A stretch of DNA of 64,000 bases from Promethearchaeati archaeon (GTDB lineage Archaea > Asgardarchaeota > Heimdallarchaeia > Heimdallarchaeales > Heimdallarchaeaceae), in NCBI GenBank assembly GCA_013166775.1, contig JABLTJ010000013.1, positions 14,916 to 78,915 of the forward strand, read 5' to 3'. The notes under the pieces are model-generated. The model was not told where the DNA came from. It did no database searches and worked only from the letters and a program-made list of their open reading frames with translations. The number at the start of each line of letters is the position of its first letter. Position 1 is the stretch's first letter. Below, in pieces: positions 20,308 through 29,574 of this stretch. A program made the position numbers and the translations under genes.

Positions 20308-21372
20308 ATGAAATATAATCTTGATTGCGCAGTTTGGGAATTAACTCTTGAATGTAATCTTAAGTGTAAACATTGTGGTTCTAGTGCAGGAAAGGCTAGA
20401 AAAAACGAGTTAACTACTCAAGAATGCTTCAATCTTTGCGAAGATTTATCAGAAGTTGGTTGTAGAGAAGTTAGTTTAATGGGTGGGGAACCTTTTGTAA
20501 GAGAAGATTGGAATGAAATAGCCTGGTGTGTTAAAGATTTAGGGATGGATTTAGCTTTTGTAAGTAATGGAATACTCATTCCTCAAGTAATAGAGAAGCT
20601 TAATCTATTAGAACCTGTAGTAGTTGGAGTTTCTCTTGATGGTGTAAAAGAAACACATGATTATATTAGAAGAAAAGGATCTTATGACGCAGCTCATCAA
20701 GCTATAGAACTACTCTTGGAAAATGATATTCAAACGACTGTAATAACCACAATAAGTAAAACAAATTTCAAAGAATTATTGGAATTGAAGAAACTCATTT
20801 ATGGAAAAGGAATAAACTGGCAAATTCAAGTATGTATGCCATTTGGATATTTTGATCCATCTTTAGTAATTAGTCAAGAAGAATATTATGCTTCTGCTAT
20901 GTTTATTGTTTCAGAACGGATAAAAAACAAATTCAAAGACATGCCTGTGGTAGGAGCACATTGTTATGGTTATTTCTCTCATTTACTTCCAAGAAACAAT
21001 CGATGGGATGGTTGTACTGCAGGAAGATCCACAGTTGGTTTAACTTCAGAAGGTTCAGTAGTTGGGTGTTTATCAATGGGGAATAACCAATTTATTGAAG
21101 GTAATGTGAGAGATAGAAGTTTCAAAGAGATCTGGGAAGATCCTAATTCTTTTGCTTATAATAGAAATTTCAAACGAGATGATTTCGGTGAAAATTGCAT
21201 TGATTGTTTTTACGGAGAAAAATGTAAAGGTGGATGTAACTCAACATCTTATCACCTTACAAAGAAATTTCATAACACACCTTTATGTTTAAGAAAAATA
21301 GAAGAAAAGTTGTTTGATGTGAAGATTCCTAAGAAAGAAAGATCCAATGTCCAAGAAGTGAAATCATTATGA
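20308..21372 (+). CDS. radical SAM/SPASM-domain peptide/protein maturase, splicease (PlpX)-like
   Basis: CNLKCKHC (CxxxCxxC), GGEP, VSLDG..HD, WQIQ, GYF. SPASM cysteines: WDGCTAG...GC...GNVR...CIDC.....CKGGC...C. Probable ATG at 20308. Confidence 0.85.
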   Translation: MKYNLDCAVWELTLECNLKCKHCGSSAGKARKNELTTQECFNLCEDLSEVGCREVSLMGGEPFVREDWNEIAWCVKDLGMDLAFVSNGILIPQVIEKLNLLEPVVVGVSLDGVKETHDYIRRKGSYDAAHQAIELLLENDIQTTVITTISKTNFKELLELKKLIYGKGINWQIQVCMPFGYFDPSLVISQEEYYASAMFIVSERIKNKFKDMPVVGAHCYGYFSHLLPRNNRWDGCTAGRSTVGLTSEGSVVGCLSMGNNQFIEGNVRDRSFKEIWEDPNSFAYNRNFKRDDFGENCIDCFYGEKCKGGCNSTSYHLTKKFHNTPLCLRKIEEKLFDVKIPKKERSNVQEVKSL

Positions 21373-22655
21373 TAAAATTGAATCTAGGTTGTGGTATTTT
21401 TTACAAACCAGGATATATAAACATTGATCTTGTTGAAGATAAAATTGCTGATCAGATTGCTGACGTTACCAACCTTCCTTATGAGGAAAATAGTGTAGAT
21501 CTAATAGAAGCATCTCATATAATTGAACATTTTGATGTAAATCAAGTTCCTTTTGTTCTTTCTGAATGGTACAGAATTTTGAAACCAGGTGGGAAACTAG
21601 AGATTGAAATACCAAATTTGTTAAAATCTGTAATTAAACTGAAATTAAGTAAGTACAGAAAACAATTATTAACTTTGAAATTTCTGTTTGGAGTAGATTA
21701 TAGAGGGAATATTCACAAGATAGGTTTTACAAGATTATTCTTAAAAAAATCTCTTTCCAGAACAGGTTTCAAAAAAATTAGAAGAAAGAAACAAAGAAGC
21801 TTCAAAGAAGAAAGAGGTATGAGATACCAGGCAAGCAAACCATTAGATGCTGATTTATCAAAAAAGAAACATTTTATTACTACTTTCCGTTCAGAAATCA
21901 ACTCTAATTTTGAAATAAAAGAGACTTTATTCTATGAAGTTTTAGAGAACAACTGTTTCTTATCGCTTTTTAATATTCTACCTGAAAATATTCAGAAATT
22001 TTTCAACACATTTAGGATAACTAATTTCTGTGCTTCTCTATCAATAATTCATCCTAAATTATCTAAAATCTTTCTCGAGATATTTCCTGAAAATCAGACA
22101 AATGAAATCAACAAAGAAGTATTAGACTATCTTGATGAAATTAAATTTCAATCTCTACTTCTAACTGATTGGATAAAGTGGAGAAAAGATCAATTTAATT
22201 TTCCCATTTCTATAACCAAATTCTTCAATCACTGGACATGGAAAATTAATCAAATGTTAAACAAAAAAACTGATTTTAAGAAAATGTTGAGCTACTTAAC
22301 GTCTTTAGAACAAAACTCTAATGAATTTTTCTCAATTGAGATTATTAATATTCAATCACTCAGACTAGCTAATCAAGGAATAAGAGCTTTTGAAAAGGAG
22401 ATTTTTGTAGAAGCTAAAAAGCTTCTTGAAGAGAGTCTTAGAATGAATCCTTCAAATATTGAAGCAAATCTAAATCTTGCACGTCTTCTTAGAAAACTAG
22501 ATCACAATCCAAATCAAATATCTAACTTATATGAATTTGTTCTGTCTGATTTATCTAATAGGAGAATTAAAAGGAAAATAAGGAAAGAGTATCAATTGAT
22601 TCTCCTTAACAAGGAGAAAAAAGAAGAATTGAGTCCAATTCAATTGAGAAGTTAA
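21369..22655 (+). CDS. class I SAM-dependent methyltransferase with C-terminal TPR-like helical region
   Basis: KLNLGCG, YINID, SHIIEH, RILKPGG; TPR-like AKKLLEESLRMNPSNIEANLNLARL; ATGA overlap with the rSAM gene. Confidence 0.82.
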   Translation: MIKLNLGCGIFYKPGYINIDLVEDKIADQIADVTNLPYEENSVDLIEASHIIEHFDVNQVPFVLSEWYRILKPGGKLEIEIPNLLKSVIKLKLSKYRKQLLTLKFLFGVDYRGNIHKIGFTRLFLKKSLSRTGFKKIRRKKQRSFKEERGMRYQASKPLDADLSKKKHFITTFRSEINSNFEIKETLFYEVLENNCFLSLFNILPENIQKFFNTFRITNFCASLSIIHPKLSKIFLEIFPENQTNEINKEVLDYLDEIKFQSLLLTDWIKWRKDQFNFPISITKFFNHWTWKINQMLNKKTDFKKMLSYLTSLEQNSNEFFSIEIINIQSLRLANQGIRAFEKEIFVEAKKLLEESLRMNPSNIEANLNLARLLRKLDHNPNQISNLYEFVLSDLSNRRIKRKIRKEYQLILLNKEKKEELSPIQLRS

Positions 22656-22710
22656 AATTTATTTTTTAAATCACAAAAGATATCAATGAGTAAGGAGAAT
22701 TTTAAAAAGA

Positions 22711-23958
22711 ATGACTATAAAGAACTTTGGAGTTACGAAAGAATCAGCTGAAAAACTAGAAACTGAAGATGATTTAGCAGTTTTTCGCGATAAATTTTAC
22801 ATACCTGAAAACACAATTTACATGAACGGTAATTCTTTAGGATTACTACCTAAGAAGGGAGAAAAAACTCTCTTACGAGTTTTAGAAGAATGGAAAACTG
22901 GTGGAGTCCAAGGTTGGGTAAATATTGAGAAACCTTGGTTTTTTTTTGCTGAGAAATTGGGTGAAAAAGCTGCTTTTCTAGTTGGAGCTAAATCTTCTGA
23001 AGTTATCGCAACAGGTACTACTACAATTAACATTCATTCATTGATCAGTACATTTTATGAACCTGAAGGGAAGAAAACTAAGATTCTAGCTGATGTATTG
23101 AATTTTCCTACAGATATTTATGCCCTTCAAAGTCAAGTTAAACTAAAAGGACTAAATCCTGAAGAACACTTGGTTCTAGTTAAAAGCAAAGATGGAAGAT
23201 TCTTAGATGAGCAAACTATTGTCGATGCCATGACTGATGAAATAGCTATTATTCTGTTGCCATCAGCTCTGTTTAGAAGTGGTCAACTCTTAGATATGAA
23301 ATACTTAACTGAAGAAGCTCATAAAAGAGGAATTTTAATCGGATGGGACTGTTCTCATTCAGTTGGAGTTGTTCCCCATTATTTTGATGAATGGGGAGTT
23401 GATTTCGCAGTCTGGTGTAGTTACAAATATCTCAATGCGGGTCCAGGTGCAAGTGCATTTCTTTATATCAACGAGAAACACTTTACCAAAGAAGCTGCAT
23501 TATCAGGTTGGTTTGGTTATGTAAAAGAGAAACAATTTGAGTTGAACTTACATTTTGAACAAGCGAAAAATGCAGGAGGGTGGCAGATATCATCCCCATC
23601 AATTTTAGGTTCAGCAGCACTTGAAGGAGCATTAGATCTTATATTAGAAGCAGGAATAGATGAAATTAGAGAAAAATCATTGAAGATGACTTCCTATATG
23701 ATTTTCCTTGTTGATGAATTGCTTTCTGGAGAGCCATATAACTTCTCTATTGGAACACCGAGAGAAAAGGAGAGAAGAGGAGGTCATGTAGCTTTAGAGC
23801 ACAAAGAAGCATACAAAATACATGAAGAATTACTAAAGAAAAATGTAGTACATGATTTCCGTCCTCCGAACATTGTTCGTATCACTCCATCAGCTCTCTA
23901 CAATACTTATACAGAGATATGGGAAGTAATTTCCATCATAAAGAGTCTGTTTGATTGA
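22711..23958 (+). CDS. kynU: kynureninase
   Basis: IYMNGNSLGL, FPTDIY, DCSHSVG, WCSYKYLNAGPG (PLP lysine), GWFG, RGGHV, DFRPP. Confidence 0.95.
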   Translation: MTIKNFGVTKESAEKLETEDDLAVFRDKFYIPENTIYMNGNSLGLLPKKGEKTLLRVLEEWKTGGVQGWVNIEKPWFFFAEKLGEKAAFLVGAKSSEVIATGTTTINIHSLISTFYEPEGKKTKILADVLNFPTDIYALQSQVKLKGLNPEEHLVLVKSKDGRFLDEQTIVDAMTDEIAIILLPSALFRSGQLLDMKYLTEEAHKRGILIGWDCSHSVGVVPHYFDEWGVDFAVWCSYKYLNAGPGASAFLYINEKHFTKEAALSGWFGYVKEKQFELNLHFEQAKNAGGWQISSPSILGSAALEGALDLILEAGIDEIREKSLKMTSYMIFLVDELLSGEPYNFSIGTPREKERRGGHVALEHKEAYKIHEELLKKNVVHDFRPPNIVRITPSALYNTYTEIWEVISIIKSLFD

Positions 23959-24026
23959 TTCAGCAATTATCCGAGTCTTTGAAAACATTTAATATGCACA
24001 TTTTTTTCTTCATTTTAAGTGGTTAA

Positions 24027-25007
24027 ATGTTAGCTGTCGAAACCTCAAAGTTAACAAAAGATTATAAAACGAAGGAAGCATTCCTTAGAGCTGTAGATAC
24101 TCTGGATTTAGCAATAGAAGAATCAGAAATTTACAGCTTATTAGGTCCAAACGGAGCAGGGAAAACTACTAGTGTTAGGATATTAGCTGGTCTCCTTAGA
24201 CCCACTGACGGAAATGCAAAAGTACTCGGTTTAGATATAATCAAAGATGCCCAGGAAATAAGAAGTAATGTTGGTTTGTTAACAGAAACTCCTGCTTTGT
24301 ATGAACGTTTAACAGTCCGTCGGAATCTTGAATTTATAGCAGATTTGTATGATGTTCCAAAAGAGGAAGTTAAACCAAGGATTGAAGAGATTATTGACCT
24401 TTTTGAGATATCAGAAAAAATAGATGAACCAGCAGGTGCCCTTTCTAAAGGTATGAAACAAAAAGTAGCTATAGCTAGAGCAATGTTTCATGACCCCAAA
24501 ATCATCTTTCTAGATGAACCAACAGCATCATTAGCACCTGAATCAGCAAAGATAGTAAGAGAGCAGATTCAGAAACTTGCTAAAACAGAACACAGAACTT
24601 TTTTCATTTGTACACATAATCTGTTTGAAGCTGAAATCCTTTCTTCAAGAGTAGGGATAATTAATAGAGGGAGTCTTGTTGCAGAAGGAACACCAGCAGA
24701 ATTGCGAGATTTACACAAAGATCAGCGAATTACAGTTTTTCGTTTCACAAAATGGGATAATGCTCTAAAGAATTTCTTTGAAGATTTAGATTTAGAACTT
24801 ATAGAAATTGACCAAAATCAAAAATCTATTTCAGCAATCATTCCTCAAGTAGAAAAACAAACTCCTACCATTATAGAGAATCTTGTCAAACAGAAGTATT
24901 CTATGGTAGAAGTACGTCATGAATATCCCACACTGGAAAAAATATACTTGGAGTTAGTTGAGACGGAGAGTATTCCAAGAGAAGAAGAGGAGGAGATAGA
25001 AGAATGA
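24027..25007 (+). CDS. ABC-2 type transporter ATP-binding protein
   Basis: GPNGAGKTT, LSKGMKQK, FLDEPT, CTH. Confidence 0.93.
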   Translation: MLAVETSKLTKDYKTKEAFLRAVDTLDLAIEESEIYSLLGPNGAGKTTSVRILAGLLRPTDGNAKVLGLDIIKDAQEIRSNVGLLTETPALYERLTVRRNLEFIADLYDVPKEEVKPRIEEIIDLFEISEKIDEPAGALSKGMKQKVAIARAMFHDPKIIFLDEPTASLAPESAKIVREQIQKLAKTEHRTFFICTHNLFEAEILSSRVGIINRGSLVAEGTPAELRDLHKDQRITVFRFTKWDNALKNFFEDLDLELIEIDQNQKSISAIIPQVEKQTPTIIENLVKQKYSMVEVRHEYPTLEKIYLELVETESIPREEEEEIEE

Positions 25008-25822
25008 AATGGAGAAGAATTTGGGCGATGGTTAAAAAGGACATAAGAGAGTTTGTCAAATCTAAATACGTATTATCAGTAATTATCTTGATGCCTTTGT
25101 TTTTTGCGATATTATTTCCGATTACTTCAGTTCTTCCAATTGCAAAACTTGATCCTGCAGAATTTGGAGATGAATCAATTGGTGGATTCGTAGAAACTAT
25201 GTTCAACAAGGTTATAGATAATTGGGAAACTCTTCATCCTCAAGTCCAAACCCTTGTTTTATTGTCGTATGCAATGTTTATAGCTGTGCTTTTACTACCT
25301 ATTATCATTCCAGCTGTTACAGCTTCTGAAACAGTTGTAGGAGAAAAAGAAAGGAAAACAATGGAAGCTATTCTAGCATCTCCTATGTCTGAATCCGAAA
25401 TTGTAATCGGAAAGATTATTTCTTCCTTCTTACCTTCAGTAATAGGAACTCTGGTTGCATCAATTGCTTACATGATATTCATTGATATTTTACTCTATCC
25501 ACATCTAGGATTTATACTGTTTCCTGATTTACTCTCTATGGTGTTCGTATTTATCATAAGCCCATTAGTTTCAATAATTAGTGTAGAATTGATGATTATG
25601 GTTTCAACTAGAGTAACAAGTGTAAGAGATGCTTATCAAATAGGTTCACTAGTTGTTTTGCCATTGATAGGACTTATAGTTTTCGAGATGCTTGGATTGT
25701 TATTAAACTCTGTTGCAACTCTGTTAGGAAGTATAGCTGTATTGATAATAATTATAATTGGTCTATTCAAAATAGCTACAAGTATATTCGACAGAGAAAG
25801 GGCAATTGTAAAAATGGTTTAA
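25004..25822 (+). CDS. ABC-2 type transporter permease
   Basis: VGEKERKTMEAILASP...GK motif, about 6 TMs, ATGA overlap with the ATPase gene. Confidence 0.9.
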   Translation: MKWRRIWAMVKKDIREFVKSKYVLSVIILMPLFFAILFPITSVLPIAKLDPAEFGDESIGGFVETMFNKVIDNWETLHPQVQTLVLLSYAMFIAVLLLPIIIPAVTASETVVGEKERKTMEAILASPMSESEIVIGKIISSFLPSVIGTLVASIAYMIFIDILLYPHLGFILFPDLLSMVFVFIISPLVSIISVELMIMVSTRVTSVRDAYQIGSLVVLPLIGLIVFEMLGLLLNSVATLLGSIAVLIIIIIGLFKIATSIFDRERAIVKMV

Positions 25823-25848
25823 ACAAAAAATGAAAAGAAATAGGTACC

Positions 25849-27840
25849 CTATTTCTTCTTCTTTACTATAACTGAAATTACTACAATAGCTATCATAATT
25901 ACATAAGACTCTAAAGCTGATTTATTTGGATTATCTGGATTCAGTGGATCATAACTATTTTCTACCTCTTCTCCGTCAGATATACCATCACCATCAGTAT
26001 CATTGTTGTTTGGATCTGTGAGATGGATTAAAACCTCATCACCATCAGTTAAACCATCAGCATCTGAATCTTTTTCTGTTGGATCAGTTTCATAATCATT
26101 AACTTCGTCTCCATCTAAGAGTCCGTCTAAATCAGTATCATTGTTGTTTGGATTAGTAAAATAGACTTGCACCTCTTCACCGTCTTTCAATCCGTCTTCA
26201 TCTGTGTCATCATTCTTTGGGTCTGTTTCATATTCATTAACTTCTTCGCCATCTTTTAATCCATCACTATCAGTATCACTTTTCATTGGATGTGTATTAA
26301 GAGCATATTCCTCAATGTTAGTTAAATCATCGTCATCTGGATCTTCAGCAGAATCATCATTCCATGGATCAAGGTTCTTTTCAACTTCCCATTTCGGGTC
26401 CATTCCATCGTCATCTGTGTCTTCCAAAGGATATAAATCTGAAGTTCCTGCAGTTCCTCCGATTGGATAATCTCCTGTACCTGACCAATCATCCCAATAA
26501 TTTCCTTTCTCTGTACTTGTATTATACCATATATTATCTAGTCCATCATCTTTTACCTGTGTTCCACCATTGTTATTTTCAATGAAGATATTTCTATAGA
26601 TTTTATTGTTGTCTGAAGTATCTCCCCAACCGGCAAGGTTAATCCCATGCTCAGTACAGTATTTGATTACATTCTGATAAATTTCACAATAATTTGATTC
26701 AGCAAAATACATTCCATATTGAGTACTGGTTTCAATAAAATTATTTCTTATTATTATATACTCAGACATCGGAAGATACATTCCATATTCCCAATTATCT
26801 TTACATGTATTGTTATCTATAATACAGTAAGTAGACAAATCAACATAGATTCCTATATTTTGTCCTTGGCAAAGATTATTTCGGATAATAACATTACTAG
26901 AGAATTCATAAACATATATCCCAAAATCTCCATCTTCATCATATTGATTGTTTTCTATGATAACATTTGTTGATTTATGCACAGTAATAGTTCTATCTTC
27001 TAGTTTATTATGAGCAATATTTACATTATTAGAACCCGTTACTTCAATACCACAATAATTATTTTCAATAATCACATCATTACAATAGAAAAGAAATATT
27101 CCCTTAGAAGGAGATTTCATCTCTTGATTTATTATTTGAATATCACTACAATCAATTAGAAAAATCTGACCATAATCTGAAGCTGAAAAAGTTAGACTTG
27201 AATTACCAACAAACCAAGCTATAGGTTTTCCATTTAGAGTATTATCGTTGATTTGCATTGTCGAAACTTCAGATAAATCAACATCATACATGATACTAAT
27301 TCCACCTTGAGTAAATTCATTATCTTCTATAACTACAAAGGGTGAATACTCAATATGTATCCCACCCCATTCATTGTTTTCCAGTGTATTATTAGCAATT
27401 ATTGCATAAGATGCACTATACAAAATGATTCCTCCGTGTGTATCCCTTATTGTGTTTTCCAGAATCTGGACAGTATTGAGTCCTACTGATGAAATATAAA
27501 TTGCAATTGTAAAGCCTTCTATCAAACAATTTTGAATTACAAAATTTTTAGTAGTAGATGTTATCTCTATTGCAGTACCTGAATCAGCAGAGATATGATA
27601 ATCCTCTATTCTGTAGGGATTACCTGGAGATCCATCTCCTGGGAATCCATATGATATGAAATCAGCATCGCTATCAATTTCAATCGGCAAATAAATTGTA
27701 TATGTAAGATTCGAGGAATTATTTTCTTCCAGATAGGTTGCTAGATTTGTTCGTGATAAAAGTGATAGATATAACATGAATAACAAAAAAACCAAAAAAA
27801 TCGATAGTACTTTTTTTCCATTATTTCTTTTATTTTTCAT
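25849..27840 (-). CDS. surface protein: right-handed parallel beta-helix (NosD-like) + Ca-binding DxDxDG repeats + C-terminal TM anchor
   Basis: Signal peptide, GDGSPGNPYRIE, I.NN/GI repeats, GNYWDDW, DTDxDGLxDGxE repeats, TM plus KKKK. Confidence 0.85.
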   Translation of the reverse strand: MKNKRNNGKKVLSIFLVFLLFMLYLSLLSRTNLATYLEENNSSNLTYTIYLPIEIDSDADFISYGFPGDGSPGNPYRIEDYHISADSGTAIEITSTTKNFVIQNCLIEGFTIAIYISSVGLNTVQILENTIRDTHGGIILYSASYAIIANNTLENNEWGGIHIEYSPFVVIEDNEFTQGGISIMYDVDLSEVSTMQINDNTLNGKPIAWFVGNSSLTFSASDYGQIFLIDCSDIQIINQEMKSPSKGIFLFYCNDVIIENNYCGIEVTGSNNVNIAHNKLEDRTITVHKSTNVIIENNQYDEDGDFGIYVYEFSSNVIIRNNLCQGQNIGIYVDLSTYCIIDNNTCKDNWEYGMYLPMSEYIIIRNNFIETSTQYGMYFAESNYCEIYQNVIKYCTEHGINLAGWGDTSDNNKIYRNIFIENNNGGTQVKDDGLDNIWYNTSTEKGNYWDDWSGTGDYPIGGTAGTSDLYPLEDTDDDGMDPKWEVEKNLDPWNDDSAEDPDDDDLTNIEEYALNTHPMKSDTDSDGLKDGEEVNEYETDPKNDDTDEDGLKDGEEVQVYFTNPNNNDTDLDGLLDGDEVNDYETDPTEKDSDADGLTDGDEVLIHLTDPNNNDTDGDGISDGEEVENSYDPLNPDNPNKSALESYVIMIAIVVISVIVKKKK
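25945..26421 (-). repeat. intragenic ~69-bp (23-aa) tandem repeats encoding bacterial TSP3-like Ca-binding units
   Basis: DTDSDGLKDGEEVNEYETDPKND / DTDEDGLKDGEEVQVYFTNPNNN / DTDLDGLLDGDEVNDYETDPTEK / DSDADGLTDGDEVLIHLTDPNNN / DTDGDGISDGEEV, plus two degenerate units upstream. Boundaries approximate. Confidence 0.85.
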
Positions 27841-27946
27841 TTTTTTAACCCTTAATATACTTTAAATATACCTAAGGTTTTGTTCTTTAATCTAATAAAC
27901 TTTACGGGATTCATATTAATATCAAAATAAAATAAGATTTGTTTGT

Positions 27947-28888
27947 TTATTTCTTTCTTTTTTCCTTTCTTCTAATTTTCTCTCTTTCTTTTCTTTCTTT
28001 CTTATATTTCTTCAACATTAGCTTATCTAATTGCTCATCAGTTAATTCTGGAGGTTCAATTAGAGACTCTGGATTTTCTATTAGACTTTTGAAAAGTTCG
28101 ATAGTTGGTCCTGTGTAACTTCCTGGCGCTATTCTATCATCAATATTGATTTTTAACTCCATTACTTCTTTGATCTCTATTTCATCTGTTTCTTCATTAA
28201 CAATTGGAGCTTTGTGGATTTTACCTAGTGTTATCAACAAGCTTGTTGTTCCAAGTTCAAAGAGATGATGATAAACTGCAGGTATGTTAATAGATCCTAA
28301 ATGCGCAAGAAACACTGAAGCCCACATAGGTATATCTTTTGTTAGCGAATAGATGGGCATATTGCGATCATCTGTCCATTTCAAAAGCCAGAAAATGAAT
28401 CTAATCAAAAATCTAGGCATTGCTCCCCAGAATTTAACATCTTCCTCGTTTTTATTTACACCATAACGAGCTTCATATATTTCTGCGTTAATTATCTTCT
28501 GAACAGTTTCCAGAGTTTCAAAGGGATTGAATTCAATCATTGCATTAATTTCTTCTCCATCTTCAGTCTTTTCTTTTTTAACAACAAAAGCGAATAGTAT
28601 TTGATTTCGTTGCCATAACCTTTTTCCAGCTACGAATCTATTAATTTTATATCTAAGAGCTATTGTTCTGACAGCTGCTGTAAGATAAATTTGAAACAAT
28701 GTGAGCTTTTCTTCATCCTTTCGATTTTTGTTATATTCTTCTAAAAATTCATAAGTATGTGTTAGATCCACTTGAGTCTTAAAATAGATAGAACTATCTA
28801 CTTTTCTTTTCATTATGTAAAATTCCATTTCATGGAATTTTGATGTTTTAACTAATTCAGCATCAGGTCTTCTTGGCATGATAATCAC
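27947..28888 (-). CDS. stand-alone 2-oxoacid dehydrogenase E2-like acyltransferase catalytic domain protein
   Basis: INRF, SVFLAHLGSI, YHHL..GT, IDDRIAPG; no lipoyl domain. Confidence 0.75.
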   Translation of the reverse strand: MIIMPRRPDAELVKTSKFHEMEFYIMKRKVDSSIYFKTQVDLTHTYEFLEEYNKNRKDEEKLTLFQIYLTAAVRTIALRYKINRFVAGKRLWQRNQILFAFVVKKEKTEDGEEINAMIEFNPFETLETVQKIINAEIYEARYGVNKNEEDVKFWGAMPRFLIRFIFWLLKWTDDRNMPIYSLTKDIPMWASVFLAHLGSINIPAVYHHLFELGTTSLLITLGKIHKAPIVNEETDEIEIKEVMELKINIDDRIAPGSYTGPTIELFKSLIENPESLIEPPELTDEQLDKLMLKKYKKERKEREKIRRKEKRKK

Positions 28889-28978
28889 TTATATCGCTAA
28901 TTACTATTTAAATAGAAGTAACTTTTTTATGAGTAGAATCACTCTTATATATTTATTTCTTCAAAAAAAAGAAGGAAA

Positions 28979-29479
28979 TTACCACTTATTGATGTGGATT
29001 TTCTCTTCATTGTAACGATCTGATGGTTCCTTTTCTTCTGCAGGATACCCAATTGGTATAATATTGATTGGAAAAACATCTGAAGGCATTTCTAGTAAAT
29101 CTTGGAATGCTTTAGTTCTTCCCTCATTAGGGTAGATTCCGCACCAAACTGCTCCCAATCCTAATGCATGAGCTGCTAAGAGGATATTCTGTGATGCAGC
29201 GGAACAGTCTTGTATCCAAAAACCTTCTCGTACTTTCTTACTAGTATCACAACACACTACTATCGCAATAGGAGTTTCAAGAGTCATTTTTGCGTATTGA
29301 TGGAGTTCTGGAACTTTATCTAGAATATCTCTGTCTCTTATCACTAAAAATTCCCATGGTTGCATATTTCCAGCAGAAGGGGAAGCCATTGCTGCTCTAA
29401 GAATGGATTCTATCTGTTCCTCTGAGACAGGTTTATCCATGAATTTTCTAATACTTCTTCTTGTTAAAATATTGTCCAA
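28979..29479 (-). CDS. nitroreductase family protein
   Basis: RRSIRKF, SPSAGNMQPWEF, QDCSAASQNILLAAHALGLGAVW, PIGYP. Confidence 0.93.
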   Translation of the reverse strand: MDNILTRRSIRKFMDKPVSEEQIESILRAAMASPSAGNMQPWEFLVIRDRDILDKVPELHQYAKMTLETPIAIVVCCDTSKKVREGFWIQDCSAASQNILLAAHALGLGAVWCGIYPNEGRTKAFQDLLEMPSDVFPINIIPIGYPAEEKEPSDRYNEEKIHINKW

Positions 29480-29574
29480 ATAATCACCTTTAGAATTTTC
29501 TTTGTTCTATGTTCTATAAAAGTTTTGGACAGATAATAGTAAAACTCAAAAGTGAGTCTATTCTGTTTAGTGTA

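Noticed and set aside
24027-25822. ABC-2 exporter as the transporter of the rSAM cluster
   Set aside because: Separated from the cluster by kynU, generic in sequence, and the putative substrates are membrane proteins. No positive evidence of linkage.
25945-26421. ~69-bp periodic repeats as a CRISPR array
   Set aside because: They are degenerate, in-frame coding repeats (DxDxDG) with no constant repeat/unique spacer structure and no cas genes.
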